A DNA stretch of 64,000 nucleotides from NCBI RefSeq assembly GCF_051903065.1, contig NZ_CP178438.1; one strand, 5' to 3'. The notes under the pieces were generated by a model, which saw only the letters and a list, made by a program, of their open reading frames with translations, was not told the DNA's origin and ran no database searches. Positions 1-9,400 of the stretch are shown here, in pieces. The DNA comes from Escherichia coli. GTDB lineage: Bacteria > Pseudomonadota > Gammaproteobacteria > Enterobacterales > Enterobacteriaceae. Position numbers and translations under genes: made by a program. Each line of letters opens with the position of its first letter. Within the stretch, counting starts at the first letter, position 1.

Positions 1-2271
1 ATGGCCGTTAAAGCCTCCGGGCGTTTTGTCCCTCCGTCAGCATTTGCCGCAGGCACCGGTAAGGCGTTTACCGGTGCTTATGCATGGAACGCGCCACGCG
101 AGGCTGTAGGGCGCGAAAGACCTCTTACACGTGACGAGATGCGTCAGGTGCAAGGTGTTTTATCCACGATTAATCGCCTGCCTTACTTTTTGCGTTCGCT
201 GTTTACTTCACGCTATGACTACATCCGGCGCAATAAAAGCCCGGTGCACGGGTTTTATTTTCTCACATCCACTTTTCAGCGTCGTTTATGGCCGCGCATT
301 GAGCGTGTGAATCAGCGCCATGAAATGAACACCGACGCGTCGTTGCTGTTTCTGGCAGAGCGTGACCACTATGCGCGCCTGCCTGGAATGAATGACAAGG
401 AGCTGAAAAAGTTTGCCGCCCGTATTTCATCGCAGCTTTTCATGATGTATGAGGAACTCAGCGATGCCTGGGTGGATGCGCATGGCGAAAAAGAATCGCT
501 GTTTACGGATGAGGCGCAGGCTCACCTCTATGGTCATGTTGCTGGCGCTGCACGTGCTTTCAATATTTCCCCTCTCTACTGGAAAAAATACCGTAAAGGG
601 CAGATGACCACGAGGCAGGCATATTCTGCCATTGCCCGTCTGTTTAACGATGAGTGGTGGACTCATCAGCTTAAAGGCCAGCGTATGCGCTGGCATGAAG
701 CGTTACTGATAGCTGTCGGGGAGGTCAATAAAGACCGTTCTCCTTATGCCAGTAAACACGCCATTCGTGATGTGCGTGCGCGCCGCCAGGCAAATCTGGA
801 ATTTCTTAAATCGTGTGACCTTGAAAACAGGGAAACCGGCGAGCGCATCGACCTTATCAGTAAGGTGATGGGCAGTATTTCTAATCCTGAAATTCGCCGG
901 ATGGAGCTGATGAACACCATTGCCGGTATTGAGCGTTACGCCGCCGCAGAGGGTGATGTGGGGATGTTTATCACGCTGACCGCGCCGTCAAAGTATCACC
1001 CGACTCGTCAGGTCAGAAAAGGCGAAAGTAAAACCGTTCAGCTTAATCACGGCTGGAACGATGAGGCATTTAATCCAAAGGATGCGCAGCGTTATCTCTG
1101 CCGCATCTGGAGCCTGATGCGCACGGCATTCAAGGATAATGATTTACAGGTCTACGGTTTGCGTGTCGTCGAGCCACACCACGACGGAACGCCACACTGG
1201 CATATGATGCTTTTTTGTAATCCACGCCAGCGTAACCAGATTATCGAAATCATGCGTCGCTATGCGCTCAAAGAGGATGGTGACGAAAGAGGAGCCGCGC
1301 GAAACCGTTTTCAGGCAAAGCACCTTAACCGGGGCGGTGCTGCGGGATATATCGCGAAATACATTTCAAAAAATATCGACGGCTATGCACTGGATGGTCA
1401 GCTCGATAACGATACCGGCAGACCGCTGAAAGACACTGCTGCGGCTGTTACCGCATGGGCGTCAACGTGGCGCATCCCACAATTTAAAACGGTTGGACTG
1501 CCGACAATGGGGGCTTACCGTGAACTACGCAAATTGCCTCGCGGCGTCAGTATTGCTGATGAGTTTGACGAACGCGTCGAGGCTGCTCGCGCTGCCGCAG
1601 ACAGTGGTGATTTTGCGTTGTATATCAGCGCGCAGGGTGGGGCAAATGTCCCGCGCGATTGTCAGACTGTCAGGGTTGCCCGTAGCCCGTCGGATGACGT
1701 TAACGAGTACGAGGAAGAAGTCGAGAGAGTGGTCGGCATTTACGCGCCGCATCTCGGCGCGCGTCATATTCATATCACCAGAACGACGGACTGGCGCATT
1801 GTGCCGAAAGTTCCGGTCGTTGAGCCTTTGACTTTAAAAAGCGGAATCGCCGCGCCTCGGAGTCCTGTCAATAACTGTGGAAAGCTCACCGGTGGTGATA
1901 CTTCGTTACCGGCTCCCACACCTTCTGAACACGCCGCAGCAGTGCTTAATCTGGTTGATGACGGTGTTATCGAATGGAATGACCAGGAGGTCGTGAGGGC
2001 GCTCAGAAGCGCATTAAAACACGGCCTGAGAAGACCAAACCGTCAGCAAAGAAACGGAAGTCCGTTAAAACCGCATGAAATAGCGCCATCGGCCAGACTG
2101 ACCAGGTCGGAACGAATGCAAATTACCCGTATCCGTGTTGACCTTGCTCAGAACGGTATCAGGCCGCAGCGATGGGAGATTGAGACGCTGGCGCGTGGCG
2201 CGACCGTAAATTATGGCGGGAAAGGATTCACGTATCCGGTCGCTGATGAGTGGCCGGAATTTGTAGTATAA
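1..2271 (+). CDS. A: P2-type replication initiation endonuclease gpA (rolling-circle, HUH family)
   Basis: 756-aa ORF starting at position 1; N-terminus MAVKASGRFVPPSAF matches my recollection of P2 gpA; HxH-like motif HWHMMLF and Tyr-rich YIAKYISK segment; followed by cos and Q/P as in P2 prophage order. Confidence 0.9.
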   Translation: MAVKASGRFVPPSAFAAGTGKAFTGAYAWNAPREAVGRERPLTRDEMRQVQGVLSTINRLPYFLRSLFTSRYDYIRRNKSPVHGFYFLTSTFQRRLWPRIERVNQRHEMNTDASLLFLAERDHYARLPGMNDKELKKFAARISSQLFMMYEELSDAWVDAHGEKESLFTDEAQAHLYGHVAGAARAFNISPLYWKKYRKGQMTTRQAYSAIARLFNDEWWTHQLKGQRMRWHEALLIAVGEVNKDRSPYASKHAIRDVRARRQANLEFLKSCDLENRETGERIDLISKVMGSISNPEIRRMELMNTIAGIERYAAAEGDVGMFITLTAPSKYHPTRQVRKGESKTVQLNHGWNDEAFNPKDAQRYLCRIWSLMRTAFKDNDLQVYGLRVVEPHHDGTPHWHMMLFCNPRQRNQIIEIMRRYALKEDGDERGAARNRFQAKHLNRGGAAGYIAKYISKNIDGYALDGQLDNDTGRPLKDTAAAVTAWASTWRIPQFKTVGLPTMGAYRELRKLPRGVSIADEFDERVEAARAAADSGDFALYISAQGGANVPRDCQTVRVARSPSDDVNEYEEEVERVVGIYAPHLGARHIHITRTTDWRIVPKVPVVEPLTLKSGIAAPRSPVNNCGKLTGGDTSLPAPTPSEHAAAVLNLVDDGVIEWNDQEVVRALRSALKHGLRRPNRQQRNGSPLKPHEIAPSARLTRSERMQITRIRVDLAQNGIRPQRWEIETLARGATVNYGGKGFTYPVADEWPEFVV

Positions 2272-2510
2272 GATAGCGCTTCAGGCTGTAATGCATTGTT
2301 TTGTATAGCATACTACATTTTTTGTAACATCTGTTCATGTTTTCTTTTCTATGCGTCATACTACGGCTATGGGTGGTCAGAGAAACAGGTTGCTGCTTAA
2401 ATGTATAAAAAGAGATGCTTTCATTTTTGATGAGATTTGCCATAACGTGGAGTATATATGGTAAAACTTATGAGACATAACATTTATACTATTATTAAAA
2501 AGGAGATTAT

Positions 2511-4178
2511 ATGCTGAGAACTTTTACAGGACAAAATTATAAAGCATACGAAAGCTTTAAGTTAGATTTAAAGCCATTGACAATATTGTTAGGTGCAAAT
2601 AGTTGTGGAAAAAGTGCACTAATTAACTCTTTGTTGATGTTTTCTCAGACAGTTGATTCAATGTCATTGTCTGACTCTGCTCTACGGCTGAATGGACCTA
2701 AAGTGGGAATGGGGGAAGCATTAAATATTATAAAAAATAAAGATGACTCCAAAACACTTAACTTTAGCTTTGATTTTTCTGATAATAGCGTAGTTAAAAA
2801 TGGCATTGATACTCTGAGAAGAGAAACTTTAGAATCATTTGCTATGATTATGCGATTCACTATACAGACAGTAAAAAATAATGATGAGTTGGTCGCGAAG
2901 GCCAATAATTTGATAAATGAATCTTTGAATGCTATTGTTAATTTTGATGAGTTTGAGGAGGCTAAATTAAATATTATTGCTGATAAATTGTGCCAGTTGA
3001 TTATGCTTTTTAGAGATGCTGGCAATAATATTATGTTTAGCCGGGCTACCTCAGAAAACTTACGCAGATTTATATATGAATGCCCATTGAAGAGAATCAA
3101 AGATTGCCTAACTAAAGTTGTTTCTATTTCAGGAAATAAATTGTCTGCATCTAAAATAAGTTATGACTTCAGATATGATAAAAATAAAGGTGTGGTAAAG
3201 GTTTCGAGATTTGTTCTTCTAAATAAGAATGATGAAAGAATAGTTGAACTGTTACCCAAAAAGAATAATGTCGTTGTATTGTCGGATGTTATCCCTCAAG
3301 AAGTATTTAGAGGATGTAAGTCTGATATCTTAGAAATCATGAATCCTTATTCTTTGGGGCTATTCCCTGTCAATGAAGGACGTGGTTTTTATGTTTTTTT
3401 TGGAAATTCCTACAACCCTGTTGTTAACTTTTTGTCACATGTTGTTTCTCTGGGAGTATTAATGCTTTCAAAAATGTTTGATGGCGAAAATGTTAATCAT
3501 GTCAGCCCGTTGAGGGCATTTCCTCAGCGTTATTATTTATTAGATAAAACAGTCAATCATGCTCAGTTAAATTCTGCTGATGGCTCTGAGTTGGCGGAGA
3601 TTCTGAAGAAAAATACAAAAATAACAGAAAACATAAACCTTCTTCTCGCTGAATTTAACTTAGCGGTTGATATAGTTAGAGTTAATGACATAATTCATAA
3701 GATAGTTATAAACCAAGATGCTGTTAATTTAGAATTGACAGATGTAGGGTTTGGAATATCACAAGTGTTGCCTGTCTTGGTTCAAGCTTATTTGTCACCA
3801 AAGGGCTCGATTACAATAATAGAACAACCAGAAATACATTTGCATCCTAAAATGCAGGCATGGTTAACTGACGCATTAATTAAAATATCTATGCAAGAAA
3901 AGAAAATTTTTATTATTGAAACACATAGTGATGCATTAGTTAGACGGATTAGATTAAGAATTGTTGATGAATCAAGCGAACTTACTGAGGACCATGTGGC
4001 AATCTATCATCTTGAGCGAGATGAAGAGGGAACATCAACCTTACTAAATAGAGTGGCTGTGAATTCTGATGGAGATATCACATGGCCAAATGAGTTTATG
4101 GATGTTGAGATTCAGGATACAATTAGAATACAGGAATTAAAGATACAAAAAATAATGAACTCAAAGGGAGTTCATTGA
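2511..4178 (+). CDS. ABC/OLD-type (AAA_15/AAA_21-like) ATPase, cargo gene 1 of A-Q hotspot; candidate defence ATPase (AriA/AbiLi/PtuA-like)
   Basis: 555 aa; Walker A GANSCGKS near N-terminus; Walker B/D-loop-like IIEQPEIHLHP and H-loop-like ETHSD near C-terminus with ~400-aa insertion between; very AT-rich; strong RBS AGGAG upstream. Confidence 0.75.
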   Translation: MLRTFTGQNYKAYESFKLDLKPLTILLGANSCGKSALINSLLMFSQTVDSMSLSDSALRLNGPKVGMGEALNIIKNKDDSKTLNFSFDFSDNSVVKNGIDTLRRETLESFAMIMRFTIQTVKNNDELVAKANNLINESLNAIVNFDEFEEAKLNIIADKLCQLIMLFRDAGNNIMFSRATSENLRRFIYECPLKRIKDCLTKVVSISGNKLSASKISYDFRYDKNKGVVKVSRFVLLNKNDERIVELLPKKNNVVVLSDVIPQEVFRGCKSDILEIMNPYSLGLFPVNEGRGFYVFFGNSYNPVVNFLSHVVSLGVLMLSKMFDGENVNHVSPLRAFPQRYYLLDKTVNHAQLNSADGSELAEILKKNTKITENINLLLAEFNLAVDIVRVNDIIHKIVINQDAVNLELTDVGFGISQVLPVLVQAYLSPKGSITIIEQPEIHLHPKMQAWLTDALIKISMQEKKIFIIETHSDALVRRIRLRIVDESSELTEDHVAIYHLERDEEGTSTLLNRVAVNSDGDITWPNEFMDVEIQDTIRIQELKIQKIMNSKGVH

Positions 4179-4179
4179 T

Positions 4180-5181
4180 ATGCTTTGTGCTGTTTGTTTG
4201 TGTCCTGAATTTGTTGCTGCTAATATTTCTGATGTTAAAGTTTTTAGCGGTTTTTTTATTGAAACCATTGTTAATGGTGAAAATGAGTTGATTCTTGATG
4301 CTGATGGAAAAATTCGCTTAGGTTATTTAAAGTCTTGCGGAAACAACAAGGATTCTTTTTTGTTTTTTAAGAAGTGGGAGTCTGAGTTATCTAAAGCTCC
4401 TTCAGGCAAGATATTGCGTACACCAGTGCCGAATAGTTCTGAGGATATTAAGGATATAGTTGTTTGTGCAGTTGCTAATGCAGCCACTACTTTTGATAAG
4501 CATATCGTAGTGTTAGATAATAATAGTTACTCTGGATATATTGATGAATTAATCAGGCAAAGGATTAATTTGTTAAATCTTAATAGTATAAGCTTAATAT
4601 CAAAGGATGGTCGAGTGCAGCGTCCTTTGAATTTTATAAAGTTTGATAGTGATTTATCTTGGGTGCTTCAAAGATTGGGGCGTCGCTCTGCTAAAGGATA
4701 TGGTGAAGATGATTTTAATGATTTTATACGGGATATGTTATTAGCTAAGAATTATGAGGTAAAAGATCAAACTAGAGAGGGAGAGTCTCAATCTGGTAAA
4801 AGTGCGGGTGAATTAGATCTTGTTATTGAAGATAAAGGAAATCTATTTGCTATAATAGAAGCATTGATTTTAAAATCTCTAGATCAAGCTAACATATTAA
4901 AGCATTATTCAAAGCTAATTAGTAACTATAATCCTATTAATGTTAAACGCTTGTTTTTAATTGCTTATTATACTGGTGCAAAATTTGATGCTTGGTGTGA
5001 GAGATACATTGATTATCTAAAAGAGATTACTCCGGTAGATATTGGTGTAGAATCTCATGAGATAGTTGGGATTAAAGAAGTGGAGACTCCATATATAGGT
5101 TTGAGAAAAATTGAACATCATTTTAGATATGCGGGAGAACATTATTTTTGTGTTCATTATGCAGTCAAGATGGCTCGGTGA
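4180..5181 (+). CDS. Partner protein of hotspot ATPase, putative nuclease effector (PD-(D/E)xK-like or TOPRIM/DUF4435-like)
   Basis: 333 aa; ATG 1 nt after upstream TGA (translational coupling); motifs GELDLVIEDKG (D-x3-E-x-K) and IETIV..LDADG (E...DxD); AT-rich. Confidence 0.6.
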   Translation: MLCAVCLCPEFVAANISDVKVFSGFFIETIVNGENELILDADGKIRLGYLKSCGNNKDSFLFFKKWESELSKAPSGKILRTPVPNSSEDIKDIVVCAVANAATTFDKHIVVLDNNSYSGYIDELIRQRINLLNLNSISLISKDGRVQRPLNFIKFDSDLSWVLQRLGRRSAKGYGEDDFNDFIRDMLLAKNYEVKDQTREGESQSGKSAGELDLVIEDKGNLFAIIEALILKSLDQANILKHYSKLISNYNPINVKRLFLIAYYTGAKFDAWCERYIDYLKEITPVDIGVESHEIVGIKEVETPYIGLRKIEHHFRYAGEHYFCVHYAVKMAR

Positions 5182-5193
5182 TGTTTAATATGA

Positions 5194-5218
5194 ATGCACC
5201 TATAGGGTGCATCATTTT
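5194..5218 (+). terminator. Putative terminator of the hotspot operon
   Basis: Hairpin ATGCACC-TATA-GGGTGCAT followed by CATTTTG directly after the stop at 5181. Confidence 0.45.
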
Positions 5219-5318
5219 GCATGTTTAAATACGTTCTCTATGTATGTGCGCTAGGCTTGACTGGCGCGCTTGTACTATGTTTATGCAACTGCATTAAAAC
5301 CGACCCATGAAGCGGGCG

Positions 5319-5337
5319 GGCGAGGCGGGGAAAGCAC
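5319..5337. other. cos: P2-type cos site (19-nt cohesive end sequence)
   Basis: GGCGAGGCGGGGAAAGCAC matches the P2 cohesive-end sequence as I recall it; lies between the A-side cargo and portal gene Q, where P2 cos sits. Confidence 0.6.
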
Positions 5338-5478
5338 TGCGCGCTGGCGGTGGTGCTGATTTTATTTTTTCAGCGTCTGAGCGCGTCGTGATGGCGTTTA
5401 GTCGGCCTGCCGGGGCGTTGGTGTGTCTGCGGGGTGTTTTGTACAGTGGCGAACGTGTGAGGGCGTGATGACGGGGTG

Positions 5479-5501
5479 TAAAAAAGCCGCCCGCAGGCGG
5501 C
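5479..5501 (-). terminator. Rho-independent terminator downstream of Q (minus strand)
   Basis: Minus-strand hairpin GCCGCC-TGCG-GGCGGC followed by a T-run, immediately 3' of the Q stop. Confidence 0.5.
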
Positions 5502-5506
5502 GATGT

Positions 5507-6541
5507 TCAGCCGTTGTCAGTGTCCAGTGAGTAGTTTTTAAATCGGATGACCTCCTGACCGAGCCAGCCGTTTATCTCGCGGATCCTGTCCTGTAACGGG
5601 ATAAGCTCATTGCGGACAAAGACCTTTGCTACTTTCTCAATATCGCCCAGCGACCCGACGTTCTCCGGCTTGCCGCCCATCAACTGAAAGGGGATGCGGT
5701 GCGCGTCCAGCAGGTCTGCGGCACTGGCTTTTTTGATATTAAAAAAATCGTCCTTCGTCGCCACTTCACTGAGCGGGATAATTTTAATGCCGTCGGCTTT
5801 TCCCTGCGGGGCATAGAGAAACAGGTTTTTAAAGTTGTTGCGGCCTTTCGACTTCACCATGTTTTCGCGAAGCATTTCGATATCGTTGCGATCCTGCACG
5901 GCATCCGTGACGTACATGATGTATCCGGCATGTGCGCCGTTTTCGTAATACTTGCGGCGGAACAGAGTGGCCGACTCATTCAGCCAGGCAGAGTTAAGGG
6001 CGCTGAGATATTCCGGCAGGCCGTACAGCTCCTGATTAATATCCGGCTCCAGCAGGTGAAACACGGAGCCGGGCGCGAAAGGTGTCGGCTCGTTGAAGGA
6101 CGGCACCCACCAGTAAACATCCTCTTCCACGCCACGGCGGGTATATTTTGCCGGTGAGGTTTCCAGTCTGATGACCTTACCGGTGGTGCTGTAACGCTTT
6201 TCCAGAAACGCATTGCCGAACACCAGAAAATCCAGCACAAAGCGGCTGAAATCCTGCTGGGAAAGCCACGGGTGCGGAATAAACGTTGAAGCCAGAATAT
6301 TACGTTTGACGTAAATCGGTGAGCTGTGATGTACGGCAGCACGCAGGCTTTTTGCCAGACCGGTAAAGCTGACCGGTGGCTCATACCATCTGCCGTTACT
6401 GATGCACTCGACGTAATCCAGAATGTCACGGCGGTCGAGTACCGGCACCGGTTCACCAAAGGTGAATGCCTCCATTTTCGGGGCGCTGGCGGTCATTTTT
6501 TTTGCCGCTAGTCGCGGTGTTTTCCCTTTTTTCTTGCTCAT
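5507..6541 (-). CDS. Q: Portal protein gpQ
   Basis: 344 aa, size and sequence character of P2 Q; overlaps start of P; conserved position next to cos. Confidence 0.9.
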   Translation of the reverse strand: MSKKKGKTPRLAAKKMTASAPKMEAFTFGEPVPVLDRRDILDYVECISNGRWYEPPVSFTGLAKSLRAAVHHSSPIYVKRNILASTFIPHPWLSQQDFSRFVLDFLVFGNAFLEKRYSTTGKVIRLETSPAKYTRRGVEEDVYWWVPSFNEPTPFAPGSVFHLLEPDINQELYGLPEYLSALNSAWLNESATLFRRKYYENGAHAGYIMYVTDAVQDRNDIEMLRENMVKSKGRNNFKNLFLYAPQGKADGIKIIPLSEVATKDDFFNIKKASAADLLDAHRIPFQLMGGKPENVGSLGDIEKVAKVFVRNELIPLQDRIREINGWLGQEVIRFKNYSLDTDNG

Positions 6542-8313
6542 CAGTAAAACTCCAGAATGGTGGATGTCAGCGGAGTGCTGATACCCGCGGTGAGTGGCTC
6601 ATTTAACAGGGCGTGCATGGTCGCCCAGGCGAGGTCGGCGTGGCTGGCTTCCTCGCTGCGGCTGGCCTCATAGGTGGCACTGCGTCCGCTGCTGGTCATG
6701 GTCTTGCGGATAGCCATAAACGAGCTGGTGATGTCGGTGGCGCTGACGTCGTATTCCAGACAGCCACGGCGGATGACGTCTTTTGCCTTGAGCACCATTG
6801 CGGTTTTCATTTCCGGCGTGTAGCGGATGTCGCGCGCGGCGGGATAGAACGAGCGCACGAGCTGGAACACGCCGACACCGAGGCCGGTGGCATCAATACC
6901 GATGTATTCGACGTTGTATTTTTCGGTGAGTTTGCGGATGGATTCAGCCTGGGTGGCAAAGTCCATGCCTTTCCACTGGTGACGCTCAAGTATTCTGAAT
7001 TTGCCACCGGCCACCACCGGCGGTGCCAGCACCACGCATCCGGCACTGTCGCCACGGTGTGACGGGTCGTAACCAATCCAGACCGGGCGGGAGCCGAACG
7101 GATTCGCGGCAAACGGCGTATAGTCTTCCCATTCTTCCAGCGTGTCGACCATGCAGCGTTGCAGCTCCTCGAACGGGAATACCGACGCCTTGTCGTCAAC
7201 AAATTCACACATGAACAGGTTTTTAAAATCGTCGGCGCTGTTTTCGCGTTTAAGCTGCTCAATGTCGAACAGCGTGCAGCCACCTTTCAGGGCGTCCTCA
7301 ATGGTGACAATCTGCCGCCACTGGCCGTCCGCACAGAGAAGCCCACCGGCAAGGGCGTTATGACTGACGTCGATTTCCACGCGTTCGGCGGCGCTGGCGC
7401 GTCCCCGGTTGAACAGTTCACCCGACCAGAACGGATAGGCGTCGTGCGCCAGCGTGGACGGGGTGGAGAAATAGGTCGAGCGCAGGTGACTCTGTGAGGC
7501 CATACCTGATGCCACCTTACGCAGTACCTGAAAATTCGGGATCCAGAAAATCTCATCGACGTACAGGTCGCCGTTATGGCTCTGCGCGGTGTTGGAGTTG
7601 GTGCCGAGAAAAATCAGTTTTGCGCCGTTATTGCCCAGGACAATCGGGTCACCGGTCAGGTCAACGTCAACCAGCCGGGCAAAGGCGATGATGTATTCGC
7701 GGAACACATACGCCTGCGTTTTACTGGCCGACAGAAAAATCTGGTTATGACCGGTTTTCAGGGCGCGCAGCAGCGCCTCGCGGGAAAAATAAAACGTCGC
7801 GCCAATCTGGCGGGATTTCAGGATATCGCGGATGCGGTGCTCAAGCCCGGCGCGATACCAGTGCAACTGATAGTCGAAAGACTGCTCAAAGAAAATCTGC
7901 TCCAGCTTTTCGATGGCCTCGTCACTGAAAAAATTCTTTTTCGGTTTGCGACGCCCGCCTTTGTTGCGGTTAGCGACGTTCGGATTAAGGTCTGCCTCGT
8001 TGCCGGTCTGACTGTAGCGGTTGACCCGCGCCAGCCGTTCAATCTGGCGTCCCAGCAGGTCAATTTCCTTGAAGTCACCGCCGGTTTTCTGCGGTTTGAT
8101 GATGAGCTGGGTCAGCCGCGCTTCCAGACTCATTTCGACACGGCTGATGGGGGCAACGCTGTCCCAGCCGTCGCGCTGTTTCCAGCTCTGCACCGTCGGG
8201 CGTTTCATCTGCAACATGGCGGCAATCTGCGGCACGGAAAACCCCTGCCAGTACAGCAGCGCCGCCTGACGACGCGGGTCGTGTAAAAGAGTGGTGTCTG
8301 TGGTGATGGTCAT
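6541..8313 (-). CDS. P: Terminase large (ATPase) subunit gpP
   Basis: ORF 6541..8343; start taken at MTITTDTTLL (ATG at 8311-8313 on minus strand) as in P2 gpP; divergent from O. Confidence 0.88.
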   Translation of the reverse strand: MTITTDTTLLHDPRRQAALLYWQGFSVPQIAAMLQMKRPTVQSWKQRDGWDSVAPISRVEMSLEARLTQLIIKPQKTGGDFKEIDLLGRQIERLARVNRYSQTGNEADLNPNVANRNKGGRRKPKKNFFSDEAIEKLEQIFFEQSFDYQLHWYRAGLEHRIRDILKSRQIGATFYFSREALLRALKTGHNQIFLSASKTQAYVFREYIIAFARLVDVDLTGDPIVLGNNGAKLIFLGTNSNTAQSHNGDLYVDEIFWIPNFQVLRKVASGMASQSHLRSTYFSTPSTLAHDAYPFWSGELFNRGRASAAERVEIDVSHNALAGGLLCADGQWRQIVTIEDALKGGCTLFDIEQLKRENSADDFKNLFMCEFVDDKASVFPFEELQRCMVDTLEEWEDYTPFAANPFGSRPVWIGYDPSHRGDSAGCVVLAPPVVAGGKFRILERHQWKGMDFATQAESIRKLTEKYNVEYIGIDATGLGVGVFQLVRSFYPAARDIRYTPEMKTAMVLKAKDVIRRGCLEYDVSATDITSSFMAIRKTMTSSGRSATYEASRSEEASHADLAWATMHALLNEPLTAGISTPLTSTILEFY

Positions 8314-8379
8314 GAATACCTCGCCGTGATGAATACACGGCAAGGCTACTGAGTCGCGCCCTGCGATTCGCTAAGGTGC

Positions 8380-8389
8380 TGTTGTGTCA
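8380..8389 (+). promoter_or_regulatory. Late-promoter-associated motif TGTTGTGTCA upstream of O (P_O region; Ogr-dependent by analogy)
   Basis: Motif about 100 bp upstream of O start; same decamer family recurs upstream of V and FI. Confidence 0.45.
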
Positions 8390-8486
8390 GTGATAAGCCA
8401 TCCGGGACTGATGGCGGAGGATGCGCATCGTCGGGAAACTGATGCCGACATGTGACTCCTCTAATCACTATTCAGGACTCCTGACA

Positions 8487-9341
8487 ATGGCAAAAAAAGT
8501 CTCAAAATTCTTTCGTATCGGCGTTGAGGGTGACACCTGTGACGGGCGTGTCATCAGTGCGCAGGATATTCAGGAAATGGCCGAAACCTTTGACCCGCGT
8601 GTCTATGGTTGCCGCATTAACCTGGAACATCTGCGCGGCATCCTGCCTGACGGCATTTTTAAACGTTATGGCGATGTGGCCGAACTGAAGGCCGAAAAGA
8701 TTGATGACGATTCGGCGCTGAAAGGCAAATGGGCGCTGTTTGCGAAAATCACCCCGACCGATGACCTTATCGCGATGAACAAGGCCGCGCAGAAGGTCTA
8801 TACCTCAATGGAAATTCAGCCGAACTTTGCCAATACCGGCAAATGTTATCTGGTGGGGCTGGCCGTCACCGATGACCCGGCAAGCCTTGGCACGGAATAC
8901 CTGGAATTCTGCCGCACGGCAAAACACAATCCCCTGAACCGCTTCAAATTAAGCCCTGAAAATCTGATTTCAGTGGCAACGCCCGTTGAGCTGGAATTTG
9001 AAGACCTGCCTGAAACCGTGTTCACCGCCCTGACCGAAAAGGTGAAGTCCATTTTTGGCCGCAAACAGGCCAGCGATGATGCCCGTCTGAATGACGTGCA
9101 TGAAGCGGTGACCGCTGTTGCTGAACATGTGCAGGAAAAACTGAGCGCCACTGAGCAGCGCCTCGCTGAGATGGAAACCGCCTTTTCCGCACTTAAGCAG
9201 GAGGTGACTGACAGGGCGGATGAAACCAGCCAGGCATTCACCCGCCTGAAAAACAGCCTCGACCACACCGAAAGTCTGACCCAGCAGCGCCGCAGCAAGG
9301 CCACCGGCGGTGGCGGTGACGCCCTGATGACGAACTGCTGA
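8487..9341 (+). CDS. O: Capsid scaffolding protein gpO
   Basis: Start at MAKKVSKFFRIG (ATG 8487) inside ORF 8421..9341; 284 aa as P2 gpO. Confidence 0.88.
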   Translation: MAKKVSKFFRIGVEGDTCDGRVISAQDIQEMAETFDPRVYGCRINLEHLRGILPDGIFKRYGDVAELKAEKIDDDSALKGKWALFAKITPTDDLIAMNKAAQKVYTSMEIQPNFANTGKCYLVGLAVTDDPASLGTEYLEFCRTAKHNPLNRFKLSPENLISVATPVELEFEDLPETVFTALTEKVKSIFGRKQASDDARLNDVHEAVTAVAEHVQEKLSATEQRLAEMETAFSALKQEVTDRADETSQAFTRLKNSLDHTESLTQQRRSKATGGGGDALMTNC

Positions 9342-9400
9342 CCGGCGTCAGTCAGTCCGGGAAAACCTTCACGATTAACCCTTAATTTTCAGGAAAAACT

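Noticed and set aside
2228-2443. 71-aa minus-strand ORF in the A-to-cargo intergenic region
   Set aside because: Lies in the AT-rich promoter region of the cargo operon, with no RBS; AT-rich DNA readily gives short spurious ORFs
2511-4178. Possibility that the hotspot ATPase is the P2 Old protein
   Set aside because: The ATPase module (Walker A at ~residue 30, Walker B/H-loop at ~430-470) fills the whole protein, leaving no room for the C-terminal TOPRIM domain of OLD-family proteins; the nuclease-like motifs are in a separate downstream protein
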